Of a DNA stretch of 64,000 bases, positions 14,135 through 27,600 are shown one piece after another. The DNA lies in assembly GCA_965153455.1 (NCBI GenBank), contig OZ234494.1:4092001-4156000 (forward strand), written 5' to 3'. Below the pieces are notes generated by a model that searched no databases, had not been told where the DNA came from, and saw only the letters and a program-made list of their open reading frames with translations. Position 1 is the stretch's first letter; the number at the start of each line of letters is the position of its first letter. A program made the position numbers and the translations under genes. Source of the DNA: Sphagnum compactum (taxonomy: Eukaryota).

Positions 14135-14815
14135 AAAGATTAGGATGAGGTTAGTGAGCTTTTTTTTCTTTGATTATGAGACACAAGAGAGTTTTGTTGC
14201 TCAATTACGATGAGATTAGTAAAGCTTTGATTATGAGACCAAGAGTTTCATTGCTTGATTAGGATGAGATTATTGAGCTGTTTTGGCTTTGATTATGCAA
14301 CACAAGAAAGTCTCATTGCTTGATTAGGATGAGATTAGTGAGCTTTATTGGCGTTGATTATGAGACTTGAGAGTTTTGTTGCTTGATTAGGATGGGATTA
14401 GTCAGCTTTTGTGGTTTTGAGTATGAGACAGACGTAAGTTTTGTTGCTTGATCAGGATGAGATTTGTGAGCTTTGTTGGCTTTGATTATGAGACAGAAGA
14501 TAGTGTTGTTGCTAGATCAGGATGCAATTAGTGAGCTTTTTTGGCTTCAATTAAGATGAGATTAGTGATTAGCTTTCATGGCTTTAATTAGGAGACAAAA
14601 AAGAGGTTTTGTTGCTCGATAAGGATGATATTAGTGACCTTTTTTTGCTTTGATTATGAGACAGAAGAGAGTTTCATTGATTGACTAGGATCAGATTAGT
14701 CAGCTTTTTCTGCTTTGATTATGAGACAGGAGAGTTTTATTGCTTGATTAGGATGAGATTAGTGACCTTTTGCTTTGATTATGAGACAAAAGAAAGTTTT
14801 TGTTGATCAATTAGG
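14135..14815 (+). repeat. Minisatellite, ~60 bp unit, about 11 copies
   Basis: Repeated consensus gattaggatgagattagtgagcttt..ggctttgattatgagaca.aagagagttttgttgctt, upstream of the TRM start codon. Confidence 0.9.
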
Positions 14816-15355
14816 AAGAGAAGATTTTCTCATTTCATGTTCACAAATGAATAGAGCATTTTTGGTTACTTGATGATCCAAGAATGTGTTCCTGGAGGAT
14901 AGAGGTTACAAAGGTGGGAGGAAATGGGTGAAATGGGAACAGGGACATCAAATTCTGCACAGGGCTAAATGATTATTGGGTTGTTGAAAACCAAGTGTAA
15001 AGTGCTTAAGAATTGAGAGCAATACAAGAGAAGGCAAAGTCTGAGATGGGATATGGTTTGCAATGCATAACAAACAGATCAGTGCATTGATCTGACTTTC
15101 TCCATGTCTTCCTCAAGGATGCGTTTCTTTTTACCCGCATCAAAGGGTATTGATAGCTATTTGTCCTTTCTTGGCCTCCTTGTTTGTACTCTTGAAACCT
15201 GTTTTGTACAGTTTGCTTACATCAGTGGGCTGATGTACTGAAGAAATGAACACTTTCCAATGCAGAGGCACTCATAAGTGCAGTGATTCTGTGCTTGAAA
15301 TGCTTGTGGGATTGGCATCCCAATTGCAAAGGATTACAGCCCTGATACTGTAATC

Positions 15356-18300
15356 ATGCCAACACAACCAAGCTTGCTGAAAGCTGTAACTGATGATCAC
15401 AGGGTCTTTGAGAAGGATATAGGTTGTATGACAGGAATACACCAGATCTTTGACTGCCACCCTAACCTAACCGATCAGAGCTATGGCTCCTGGTGCAGTG
15501 GCACTCACAATGGTTCATCCTACCTCTCACAAACTGATGAAATCAAAACATGTCTTGCCTCTGAAAATTAATGAACATGGAAATTATGGCTAGAAAAAAC
15601 TAACCTGCATCTTTTTTCTCCTTGATCAGGATAAATTGTGGCCACAGCTTCTGGAAAGTCATGCCATGGGCTTCCGTCCAATCTTGTTTGTAATATGGTA
15701 TGTCCCCCCTCCCACATCACATCTATTCCCTATGTCATGGACAGAGATATTCCATCAATCTTCTTCGACCAAGCAAGTCGGAGATTTTTACTTCTCTAAT
15801 TCGATAGTGCTCATCATTTCTGCAGTCAGTTGACAGTTGGTGGAGAGCATCACTGGACAAGCCTGACCGGCAGAAGCAAGGACCATTCCTTTTGAATCAG
15901 TTGTCCTCAGGCCTTGGCAATTTGAAAAAGTCGAGTTTAGTCACAAGTTCTGGAAGAGATAAGACAGATCTGCCCTGTGAACGACGAAGAATGGCACAGC
16001 TGATGGATGTTCAATCAGACTTACCATGCTTGTGTTCTGCTAATACAAGAACTGGTTTACATCCGCATATTAACAAGGGATGCCAGATGCAGTTTTTGTT
16101 GGATTCAATGGAGAAAGATCTCACTATGCTTGCAAATGATGAAAACTTCTCAACCCTGGGGAGGTGCTTTGGAGGGAATGAGGTATCCAGGCTTACTGTG
16201 GAACTGGATGATGGACCTTTGATATCTGCCTCCAGTAGCAGTCGTCGAAAAATGTCTCCCAATGCTCCAGGTTCATACAAGCCACTTGACAATACGCATT
16301 GCTTGAAGGAGTTCAGAGATCCCTGCCCACCAGGTTTTGACTTCAAGGATGTCCTCCAAGCTTCTTGGCAAGTTAGAGATACCTCTTCTGATGTATGCAA
16401 AGACCTCCCTTGTGCAGCACCATATCCTGGTCTTTCTGATGACACAGATGTTGCTGTAAAAAACAGCTCCTCAGGTGCAAGAGGTGATCACCAGGAAACT
16501 GCTAGATGTCAGGAAACAAATGTGGTGGCGAGGCTCATGGGGCTTGAGAAGTTTCCAAGTTTTGCAGTATTGAAGATTCCATCGCAAAAACCTGTTTTCT
16601 CCAAAACACAATCAAGAGAGGCAGAACTGATTCAAGACTTGTTACAGCATACACCCACTGATTTGTCTGGGTCACCCCAAGCGAGATTATTGGATGAATC
16701 CAGTCAGATGTCTGATAGAGGAGGATCAGGGAGCTGTCAGATTCAAGAGCAAAGGAACACTCACTCAGGTGAAGCTCATGAGCTGAGGTTGAGATCTCCA
16801 TCTTCTCAGTCACCAAAGTTTATGGAACGGATGCCTCTGGTGTTCAAACAGAAAGACACTTGTAATGCCATGAAGACCAGGCTTGCACAAACTGGTAAAC
16901 GATTGTCAGAAGAAAACTTGACAGTTGTACAGAAGTCAGATTACTCAACCAGACATGAACCACTCTATGGTGACATGGCTCAGCTTGTGCGTCAACTTCG
17001 GTTAAGGAACTCAGTTCAAGAGCGCAAGGCCCTAAAGCAAATCCTCGAGGCCATGAAGTTGAAGGGTCTATTACACCCACCAAATCACAAGCTAGTCCAA
17101 GACCTCAAATCCAAAACATACCCCATAATGCCAAAAGAACATCTGCAGCCACAGTGGTGCGAGTTAAACCAACAGCCCGTTGATTCATCAAAGCTCACTA
17201 CTACAATTTTGAACAAGGGTCACACAGACCTTGAACACAAAGAGACTTCCAGACTTGGGCCCCAGGAGTACTCGATGAGTTTGAACACAAGAACTCCTGA
17301 GCAGATGATACAAGAACCTGAGAAGGTCAAGTCAGTTTTGTTGGAAACTAACTTACAAATTGTAAAGAATGATCCCTCCATCATTGTAATGAGGTCAGTG
17401 AAGACAAAGGTTGTATCAAAGCTAGATGCTCCAAAACATACATCACTCACATACACCACTCCTGCCCACAGTGAGAATGGGTAAACCCTCCTTACTCTTC
17501 TTGAGCATTTGGGCTTCATTCAGAGTTTTAACAAATAAGATTATGGTGTGCTAGCAGTACTGAAATTGTGTAGATGGGATGTCTTTCACAGGGGGCCAAT
17601 CAAGACTGCTGAAAGAAAACCTCAAAGGGCACAAGCAAGGAGCAACAACAGATCCTCAAAAGATGGACTGAATGTGAGCCAGAAACCTTGTTGGTTGCGT
17701 CTGAATAGTTCTACTCCAACTATCAAATCCATTATGTCCACAGGAAGAGAACCAAACATACAGAAATCCAGGCCACAATGCCAATGCAGATTTGGGAGTA
17801 CAAGAATAGGAGAGAAAAGGAATCTGCAAGGACAGAATTCTCCTCTCAAGGACCATGAAGAATGTAGGCTCATAAAGTTAACATCTGAGTTACAAAAGAC
17901 GAAAGAGTCCTTGAAGGCTAAAGCTAGCATTGACCCCAATACAATGAGGTCAAGAAAAGCAGCTTTAGCTGATTCACAACTCAAGCCCAGAATCCCAGAT
18001 ACTTCAAGAAAGCCACAGAGAAATTTTGGGGCTTTTGTAGGGTTGGCAAGTCACAAACGCAAGCCATTTAACCCCAGTGACTCTCCTCAACATATTACCA
18101 AGATGCAAACATTGGTGCATCACACAGATAAAAGTACGTCTGTTATCCCTAGGAGAAGACTGCACTAGAGGAGTTTAGCAATTTACACCACTGGAAGTTT
18201 CTTCTATATTTTGACAAGTAACATAATAGTCAAAGCTCTGAGATAGCTCAACACCAGTGGTTGTTGATGTTTGAGTATTCCTTCACTACTTAGGATCCAG

Positions 18301-20079
18301 GATGAAATCCTCTGGGTATGTGTATTTTGCAGTCACTGCAGAACATGAGAAGGCTTCAAAGGTTCAATCAGGGGTTCAAGAATCCAGGAATGCTGGAACA
18401 GTGCAAGTCATCGAAGGTGAGGCTTTGAACCACAGCGAAGATCTCTGCCTCCAGAATCCAGATGTTCTAGGTTTTTCAGGCAACATGAGATCATGTGATG
18501 TACGAGCAGAATTAGAGGTGAGAATGCTAATCATATCTCCCTGAACTTCTCCTTTGTTCTCTTTAGAATTGCATGAATCTTTTGGTTTCAAATTAAGCCA
18601 CCTAATATAAGCTAGGATTTTACAAACTGCTTAGCAGGTGGCAAGTGCAGAAGTGATGAAAGACAACAACGTTACCGCTAATGAGGGAGGAGAGGTGTCA
18701 GAGTTGCAAAGTTCACCAAATTCTCTGGGGGAAAAGTTTGAATTGAACAAGAGCCTGCCAATGGTGGGTGGGATGGAGCACAGTAGCCCTCTGTATGTCC
18801 TTAGTAACACAGGTGTTGAGAATGAGCGACCAAACCCTAGTCCACAAAATTGCACCAGCACCGGGATCAATCTCCGAGGTAGCAGGCATCCCAAAACAAG
18901 CATTTCACATTCTTTTGTTCATTGAGAAAACTAGTGCAGTTGGTCCATGATCCAACCTACAGCTAACAGAGATTTCTGCAGCAATGTTGGACTTGTATAG
19001 TTCTTGTGTATTATCTTAGCAGTTGTGTTTTTGATGCATCAGAAAGCAACAGCAGATGCAGGAGTTTGGTTGAGAATGTCGATAAAGAAGAGTCTGCCAG
19101 CACAGTGAGGAAGAAATTGTGTTTTGAGATTGATTCCAACAAACAGCAGGAGGAGCTCCATGCACAAGTCAAGACTTCTGGCGTAGAGATCGAGCTGCCA
19201 TTTGACAGTAAGAACAGGACTGTCGCAATCTTAGGCACGACAAGCATTCCAGGAACATCATTGAAGAACAGAGAAGAGGAAATGCAATTCGTCCGCGACT
19301 TGCTAGTTGTTTCAGAACTCACAAAGGAGCTCCCCGTCGCTTTTGCGCACACTAAAATTACCGATCCCGCAAGTATACTTGTTCGCTCACAGCAACGGCG
19401 AAGAAGAAAAGACGATGACAAAAAACCGCCACATAATCGCAACAATACTCCCGATGGAGGATGTCCGAAGAGCAAAGACCGTTCAACGAAAGAGAAAAGG
19501 AAGACGAAAAAGGAAAAAAAGAATGAGATTCTCGACCGACGCTTACTTTATAATGCCGTAAGCGAGGTCGCATCAACGAAACTCCCGCTGTTCTTGAACC
19601 CGGATCTATCATGGACAACAACAAACTTACTCCCGCTGTTCTTGAAACAGGATCTACAAGGGACAACAAGCAGCTTTGCTCAACAGCCGCAGCAGCAGCA
19701 GCAGGAGGAGGAGGTTTCAGTCCAAGAACCGATGATGGCGCAAAGATGGACGGAACCGACGACCGCGCAGAGATTTGCGCAAGAAGTGTGGAAGGAGTTG
19801 CAACAGATTCCATGCGGGCAATTTGACGACGTTCACGACACCGTCCAAAGCGCTCTGCAGAAAGACATGGGAGAGAAGCTCCGACAGAGCTATTCGGAAT
19901 TCAGAGTGGAGATCACAGAGGTGGGACTGGAAGTGGAGCGTAGAATTTTCAAGGATCTTGTGCAAGGAGTTGTGGCGGAGTGTTTTCGGACACAAGAGCC
20001 ACAGCAGCAGCAGCAGCAGCCGCAGCAGCTGACGAGCACCAACGAGAGCACAACGAGAGCTCCAAAAGAAGAACACTAA
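15356..20079 (+). CDS. LONGIFOLIA / TON1-recruiting-motif (TRM) family protein, multi-exon
   Basis: Motifs: N-terminal LLKAVTDD..FEKDIGCMTGIHQIFD, VVARLMGLE (DUF3741/VARLMGL), EHSSPLYVL (PSPVSVL-like) and C-terminal EVGLEVERRIFKDLVQGVV (DUF4378-like). Inferred exons ~15356-15512, ~15826/15830-17480, 17592-18133, 18333-18517, 18638-18878, 19043-20079 with phase-compatible GT-AG. The first intron is uncertain. Confidence 0.85.
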
Positions 20080-20366
20080 CGCAAAAGATGTTCCTAAAAG
20101 AAGACTCCTGACGCAAAAGAAGTTCCAAACTCCAATACTCGAAAGCTCCTTGTAGTTTTGGTGAAGCATTTCTTTAGGCTTTTGGGGGTGAAGCATTTCT
20201 TTCTTTCTTTCTTTCTTTCATTGGGTTTGTGTTCTGTACAAAGTCTTAGTATGTAAAATTATGCCAGGTCAGCATTTCTTTTTTCCCCAATATTTTTTGC
20301 TTTTCTTTCTTAATACTCTTTTGACTCTTGAGTCCTCATTTTTCATATTTGGCTTTTACCCCTCAC

Positions 20367-20677
20367 TTAATGGTACCTCCACACCTAGTGTCACCGGGGC
20401 CGCCAAAACGAAAAATAATACTCATTTACACCTAGTGTTAGCCATATCATAAAGTCCTACGTGGAATGTGATGTGGCATTTTTCAAAGTAAAATGTTATC
20501 GTTGGTGTTATGTTAAATGTTATCAATTTAACGGTACCTCTACACCTAGTGTCATCGGGGCCGCCAAAATGAAAAATAGTACTCATTTACACCTAGTGTT
20601 AGCCATAGCATAAAGTCCTACGTGGAATGTGATGTGGCATTTTTCAAACTAAAAATGTTATCATTGGTGTTATGTTA
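20367..20677 (+). repeat. Near-perfect ~160 bp tandem duplication
   Basis: Units start at ~20367 and ~20528 (ggtacctc.acacctagtgtca.cggggccgccaaaa ... ttggtgttatgtta) with few mismatches. Confidence 0.9.
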
Positions 20678-20959
20678 CCTCAAAGTGATAAAAAAATATA
20701 TCAACACATAAAAAGGGCATGGATGTTGACTACATAGCAAATAATTATCTCTAGAAGTGCTTATCTTAAGGTGATTGTGTTGAGAGCCTATTGGCGAAAA
20801 CTCACATATAGGAATGTGCTTAAGTGGTTATGTTCTTTTTCAAGCTAAAGCTTATGTGATTATTGGATGCAAGCGAACAAAGAAAAGCTATTTCAACAAA
20901 AAATTTAAAGGACAATATTATGTAGCAATTTTTTTTTAAAATCACCTACCCAAAACACA

Positions 20960-21360
20960 TATCAAGTTGACCAAAGTAATCGAAGAATTCTATTATGGTT
21001 AATTTAGGGTTTTCAATGACATGTTTTTGTAGAAGTAGCCATCATTGAACATCAAGTGACCATAGCAATCAAAAAAACAAATTGCAACCCAAGTATATGG
21101 TTTTCAATGACACGTTTTTAGAAAGGTAATCGTCCTTGAACATCAAGCCACCAAAGTAAGTATAGACCCTTCCACCTTACATGAATGGTTTTCAATGACG
21201 TATTTATGTAAAAATAACAATCCATGAACATCAAGCCACCAAATTTATCAAAGAATTTTGTTGTGACTACTCTAAATTTTTCAATGAGTTTTTTTCTTTT
21301 TGTGGAGAATTAACCATTGTCGAAAGAATCAAGTCAACAAAACAATCAAAGAATTATAAT
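20960..21360 (+). repeat. Degenerate ~90 bp tandem array, about 4 copies
   Basis: Recurrent ggttttcaatgac...tgaacatcaag..acca at ~21008, ~21099, ~21187 and ~21278. Confidence 0.7.
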
Positions 21361-22149
21361 ATGGTTAATGTATGGGATATTGTAAGGATCTCATTTCAAA
21401 AGGTGATTTTTGGTCCTTATGTGTATGATTGATTGCGATTGATTATCGTTTGCAACAGAACCCAAATCATTGAGTGTTTACATTTCACTAGTATAACCAA
21501 AGCTCAAAATTAAAATTTGGTGTCTTTTTTTTGGGGAAAAAATAAATATATCTATATATATATATATATATATGGTCTTCATAAAAATCCACAAAAAGTT
21601 TCAAACACTTATTCAAAGATGGCGTATTTCTACAAGACTATTTTAGAAAATTTCAAATTTGATCCCAAATGTGTTTTGTGAATTCCTACGTATTCTAATA
21701 TTTGGCAACGGTTTTAAAATGGTCAAAACAAGAAACAAGAATAACAAAATCATCCTCTAATTGAAGCAAGACATAATGATTTTTTGTCTATAAGGGTCCC
21801 AACAACATGCACAATCTGGACACACACATTTCAAAGCATCTATACTCAACAAACTAATGAAATTTGAACCTTGATCCCAAAAGGATCCTACCTCTTTAGT
21901 TTAAGCCCTACCCTACACCCAAAACTTCAATCAAATAACAAGTTGAAAGCACAAGCAAAAAATGGATTTGGGTTTTATCTTTGAATTTGTCTTGGAATGT
22001 GGACATGTGAAACAATTAACAATCACCATTGAGAAAAGGTATGAATTAGAAGGCATATGTTTTCTTTCAATATGCATTTAAACAATGATGTGATTTTGTT
22101 TCTACAATCAATCCATTGGAACCAACCTCTTTACAATGTATTGTGAAAC

Positions 22150-23150
22150 AAAAAAAGGGTACATTATTGTGCAAACTTAAATATTCCATGTGCCAATTAT
22201 AAAAATGGAAGAATACAAGAAAAAATTAGCAAAATGAATATCGCATAGGGGTTCATAATTAACTTTGGTACTACCAATAGTTGGATTGTCCTCAACTGTT
22301 TTCACAACTAAGGTTTTGTGTATTCATTCAAAGTTCTCTCTTGAAAGGCAACAACATTGTGATTTAGTGTGTCTTTATTTTTCAAAGATTTTGTTACTCT
22401 TTCATTCAATGAGTTTATTATTTCTAGTTAGCAATTATGGCTTTAGGAAAAATATTTGTACATTCTAATAGATAGACATTCAATTTTGCCCATCAAATTC
22501 AAGTCATTGAAAGGTTAAACAACCAAGTTTGTATCACTCACAAAAGGGAGCCTATTTTTGCATGAGTTGCATGGTAACACCATTTTTCAAAGGCTTCATG
22601 AAAATTGTCACAACATTTGTCCCAAATTAACTAGACAAGCTTGTTCATCACATCAATTTCATTCATGCCCCCATGTTCAACAAAACTTTAAACAATTGTC
22701 GATTTGTCAAATTGTAAAAATTCATTACTATCACAACTCTTTACATGTTAAAAAAATGGGGAGCCTTTTTCACACTTCAATCACATAAACATGAGCTCAA
22801 CTTGGTTGTCAATGCTTGGACTCCATTTGTACTTGTTAAAATCAATTAATATTTTGCACAACAACATTTATGGCCCACAAAATGATCATGAACATTGTCA
22901 TTCTAGCATGTTCCAACCCATGGAATCTTATAATGTTTGTGAATGTAGTTCACCACCTAGAGAAATAGGAAAAAATTCTTAAAGTTTTCAAAATCTATCA
23001 TCAGGCAGCCTTGTTATAACAATGGAATATTGCCACAAATTGCAAATAGTTTTCCTTCTTTTCCACCTTGTCACCATTTACAACTTGAACAACAATAATG
23101 TCATGTCCTCCAAATCCATTGCACATGAACATTAGTAGCATAAAAACAAT
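22150..23150 (-). pseudogene. Highly degenerate hAT-like transposase remnant
   Basis: The minus-strand reading has remnants such as GWNMLE and SIDNQ that recall hAT/ZNF862-type transposases, with many stops and frameshifts. Confidence 0.35.
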
Positions 23151-25122
23151 ATTACCCAATAAGAACTTTACTTTTAGCCTTGGTGCACTTGTTGATTCTA
23201 AAATGTTTGATGAAGGACTTTGGTTTTGGGATCAAAAGTTTACCCCTCCCCCTCAATGTTAAAAAAAACATTTCATCTAAGTAAATTTTCATTTTTTTGT
23301 CCTAATTTTCACAAACTAATTTAAACGAAAAAAACCTTATACAATTCATCAATCCTAAAATATCTCATATATCTCCCATTTACATCTCTTTGGTTTTAAA
23401 AGAAAATTAAATTCACTATATTCTACTTTTAAAATAGGATCTATGAAGCAGGCTTGTGGTGTGGGTGATGTTTCTAAAACTATGATGTTTTTGTCTTTTG
23501 AAGTTATAAAAATAACAAACAACATCAACGAGGGTTATGGACTAAATGATCGACCAATAGAGCTTGCTAGTGAGTTTGCAATTATGTTACACATAAAAGG
23601 ATTGAACATGTTACAAATCCAAAAAAAGAAAAGAGGTAGAACTTGATGTTGGGTGGGAGATTCAAGTGCACCATTAGCAACAAAAAAAACACCTAGCTAT
23701 GGAACACAAAGAAGAGAAACTTGAAAGTCAAACAAATTACCATGCCAATTGATTGCAAAGTATGGGCCAAAAAAAATTGAACACACATTTCAAAAATTTG
23801 CAAGATTTGATTCTTACTTGCAAGTAAGAATCACATCTTGATTTGAACATTTTTTATGAGTAGTATCACTAATTGGGTTGCCCATGGTTTCCATGCTTTA
23901 TGACTACTATAAAGATTAGTGTTGAAAACTTCAATCTTATGTAAAATGTCTTTGCATGTATATCCAGTTTAGGTCAAGTGTAAAATATTTCACTTATGTG
24001 TAATGTCTTTGAAATAAATGCATTTGTATTAATGCTTAGATCAATGTGGACATCAATGTACAGAATTTTTCGTGCTCACTAACCGAAATCCGAGCATGCC
24101 AAATTTTAGTCCTTTGGACGTCATTTTTGAATTGGCTAGGTGATAAAATTGCTTGCATAATAAACCTTTATAAAAATTAAAATATATTAAAAATGCATTT
24201 ATAGATTCCCTTAATTAAAAAATTACAAAGGCAATAAAATATGTTGTAATATGTTATATGAAATCCATTAATAAATATGTAAAAATATATATATTAGCAT
24301 GTTCATCCCATAAAAGGAGGTAAATGCACAGACTTTGCCTTTTCAAAATTTTGAAAAAGAGTTGATGACAAAGTTGGAAAAAAAAAAAAAAAGAGAGAGA
24401 GAGAGAAAAGAAGAAAAGGGCAGCTGAGGAAAAATGGGCAGCTGGGGAAGCTGTACCCGCCATCGAAAGAATAACGGATTTCCGATTTACTTACGTAATA
24501 GTTTTACTGAAACATTTTTTTGACGGGCAGATGTAGTGTCAGGCGTTATAAGGAATGCTGCTGACCGTCTAGTTGGCGGCCATCATAGGCTTTTCTGCCA
24601 GGTGTCTGCCTACGTAATAAGCAATCAGCCCCGTCTAATGGGCGGACCACATATGTTCTGCCAGCTGTAAACACACGTGGAACACCTCTCTGGTCTAGTT
24701 GTCTGCCACGTGGATCGTCCATCAGGTATTAAAGCCTACATAGGATAAGCCACCCGCCTGCATAGCTGGCGGCCACATAAGCTATCACGCCATGTGATAT
24801 AAGCCTACATAGCACACTGGACCCTTCCACGTGTACATCTCCCAAACCTCATCACAGTCAGTCACCGGTAGGTAGGATTGTCCCCTGGATATTTGAGTAG
24901 GAGGAGCGACCTCTGGTCCGAAGGACGGGGAGCGCAAAAGGGGAAGGGCGAGAAAGGGGAAGGGATGAGGAGGGAGAAGAAGGAGAAACCCTCGCAAAGA
25001 AGTGATCTTGTGGTTGGCTCCGTGGTGTATAGGAAGCTCCTGTGGATGTTTTCCGGGACGTGGGTATGTGAGAAAAGAGCTTGAGAAGCTGGAGAACAGC
25101 ATCTAGCTGCTGGAGAAAGGGG

Positions 25123-26235
25123 ATGTCGTTGGCAGGCCCCGATAACTTTCCTGCTACCTCTCTTGCTGACAATCTTGATAGTAAGTGCCCTTTTTTTTCC
25201 CTCTTTTGCTCGCCACCCCATGTAGGCACCCTCCCACCCATGCATAGACCACGCATGCATAGACCAGAGTAAAGGGGGACTCTGCACACAGGCCTCTGAA
25301 TTGTGAAATTCTTATTCTAGGGTTTTGAGCATGTTATTACACTTGGGGTGGGTTGCTGGCTCAATGTGCTTTTTGTATGGGTTTTTTTGCAGAGAAGCTG
25401 CTTGTGATTTTGCGGGATGGAAGGAAGCTAGTTGGCATTCTGCGCTCCTTTGATCAATTTGGTACATACCATAACTGTAATGTATCTCTAGGACTGACGG
25501 ACTGACAGTCTGTGTACGTGGCTAGGGTTTTCCTTTTCTTCTTCTTCTCCTTCTTCTTCTTCTTCTGTTGTTGTTGTTTTAGAAATGCTCGAATGTCCCC
25601 TGAGATGACGACACTGATTGATGTTCATCTGTGGGGTGGAACACAGCAAATGTGGTGTTGGAACAAGCAATTGAGAGAATCATGGTGGGTGAGCTTTACT
25701 GCGACCTTCCTTTGGGTTTGTACATCATACGTGGGGAAAATGTTGTCCTCATCGGTGAATTGGTAAGAGCACAGAATCCTGATGTAGTCATGAAGAGAAT
25801 TCTTTCACATCTTGTTTTATGCCTGCCAGGGAGTTCTGATCATGGGGTTTGATCCACAACATGGCTAGGTCTAAAGTTATGGTGTTTGGTTCTTCATCTC
25901 ATTTTACCTATTGGTGGTTGGTGAAGAAAGGCAAGTTTTGGTTGGGACTTATGAACCAGGGTGTGTGTGTGTGTGTGCATGTGGGTGATAAAGGATCTTG
26001 AGAAGGAGGAGTTGCCACCTCACATGGTTCGTGTGATGCCTTCTGAAATCAAGCGGGTACTATGCACGTGTCCTGAAATTTTCTGTGTTTTACTAACATC
26101 ATTTCTGTATGTGACTGAAGAGTGTGAGATTCACTAAGCTTTGCTTCTCAATTGTAGGCACAAAAAGCAGAGAAGGATGCCACAGAACTCAAGGGGACCA
26201 TGAGGAAACGGATGGAGTTTTTGGACTTCGATTGA
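25123..26235 (+). CDS. LSM1: Sm-like protein LSM1 (Lsm1-7 mRNA decapping activator), 5 exons
   Basis: Exons 25123-25180, 25393-25461, 25647-25762, 25994-26056, 26158-26235 (all GT-AG) splice to MSLAGPDNFPATSLADNLDKKLLVILRDGRKLVGILRSFDQFANVVLEQAIERIMVGELYCDLPLGLYIIRGENVVLIGELDLEKEELPPHMVRVMPSEIKRAQKAEKDATELKGTMRKRMEFLDFD*. Confidence 0.95.
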
Positions 26236-27139
26236 CAGCAGCTGCTAGCAGAGTGATAAAAGGGGTTATCCAGAGAAGGATAAGCAAAGTGTTTTGCCTT
26301 GATATCAATGTTTTGGTCTTTGTAAGAAAGAAAATTACGCATGGGGAGGGTGCCCTGTCAGCTGACGAGTTTAAAGTGTCATGTTGACCCGCACATTTTA
26401 TCGCGGATTCCCCATCCCCAAGTCGGTGGTATTCACCAATTGACCTACCTGTAGTGTGGCCCTCAGTTCTCACTCGATCTTTCTTGTTGATGGATGGCCT
26501 GAATGTACCCCCCATATATTTATGTGGATGGATTCTTCCATGTCCCTTGTGGATATTCACCCTGTCTGGTATGTCTTTCAAAAATGGTCAAATTTATGTT
26601 TATTTCACATCAGATATTGTGATCTCTGCATGAAATTGGTGAGATCTTTCCTTGGTGTTCAATCAACACATATAGTATGCATATTTTCCTCAGCAGGCAA
26701 TGTAGGGTGCTTGGATCAATTGATGTATGTCTCATCTCTGTCTCTTTCTTGTGAACTCTTTTTAGTTCTCATGATGCTGCCAAGGTATCTGTGACTAACC
26801 CCAAGCAGTTTATATGTGTGTACTGCAGTTCTTATGTAGTGGGCTGACAGACCTGACAAATGTCCAGTGCATTGGTTAAAGCTTGACATTAACCTTTGCC
26901 CATTGCTATGAGTTGATGAAGTCAGTGAGGATGTTACGGGAGGTGGTCAATAATATACAAGTTGTTGAAAGTCACAGGCTTCTATCTGCAAGATTGAACT
27001 GTTCACACAAGGTGTAGATGCCAAATCACATCCGTCCTTGAGGGGATAATAATTCTTTATCTGTGATGAACAAGCAAAATTGTTAAGTGCTTATGTACAG
27101 TATAAAAAATCAGAGGTTCTCGACATCCATCTGCCTTGT

Positions 27140-27600
27140 GGCTCTTTGGCAAAAAGTAACTTTTCCACAAATTTTGTGGCAAGCCGAGACTTTCAAGTTG
27201 ACTTTTCATAGGAAAACTGTTCCACTTCAACTAAGATTATCCCCCCAAAGAGGAATTTTATTAATAGGTTCTTTGGAAACTGGACGATCCTATTTGATAA
27301 AAAATATCGCAGCAGATTCTTTTGTTCCTCTAATAAGAATATCTATAAATAGACTTCTATATAATAAACCAGATGTTATGACTGAGAGTTGGATGAATAT
27401 TTTAATGGAAAGTTTTCAAAGATTGAGTCTAATTCTAGAAATAGCGGGAAGAATGTCCCCCTGTATAATATGGATTCAAGATATTCATAAACTAAATGTG
27501 AATTATTTGACTCAAAATGTAGAATGTATAATATGGATTCAAGATATTCATAAACTAAATGTGAATTATTTGACTCAAAATGTAGAATCTGATAACTTTT
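27140..27600 (+). pseudogene. ycf2: Plastid ycf2 fragment (AAA domain) with internal 63 bp duplication
   Basis: LRLSPQRGILLIGSLETGRSYLIKNIAADSFVPLI ... MSPCIIWIQDIHKLNVN. Confidence 0.9.

Noticed and set aside
14135-14815. CRISPR-like array
   Set aside because: There are no unique spacers and no cas genes, and the context is eukaryotic. It is a simple minisatellite.
15630-15697. Possible extra small TRM exon
   Set aside because: It has good splice signals, but I could not confirm phase compatibility with both neighbouring exons.
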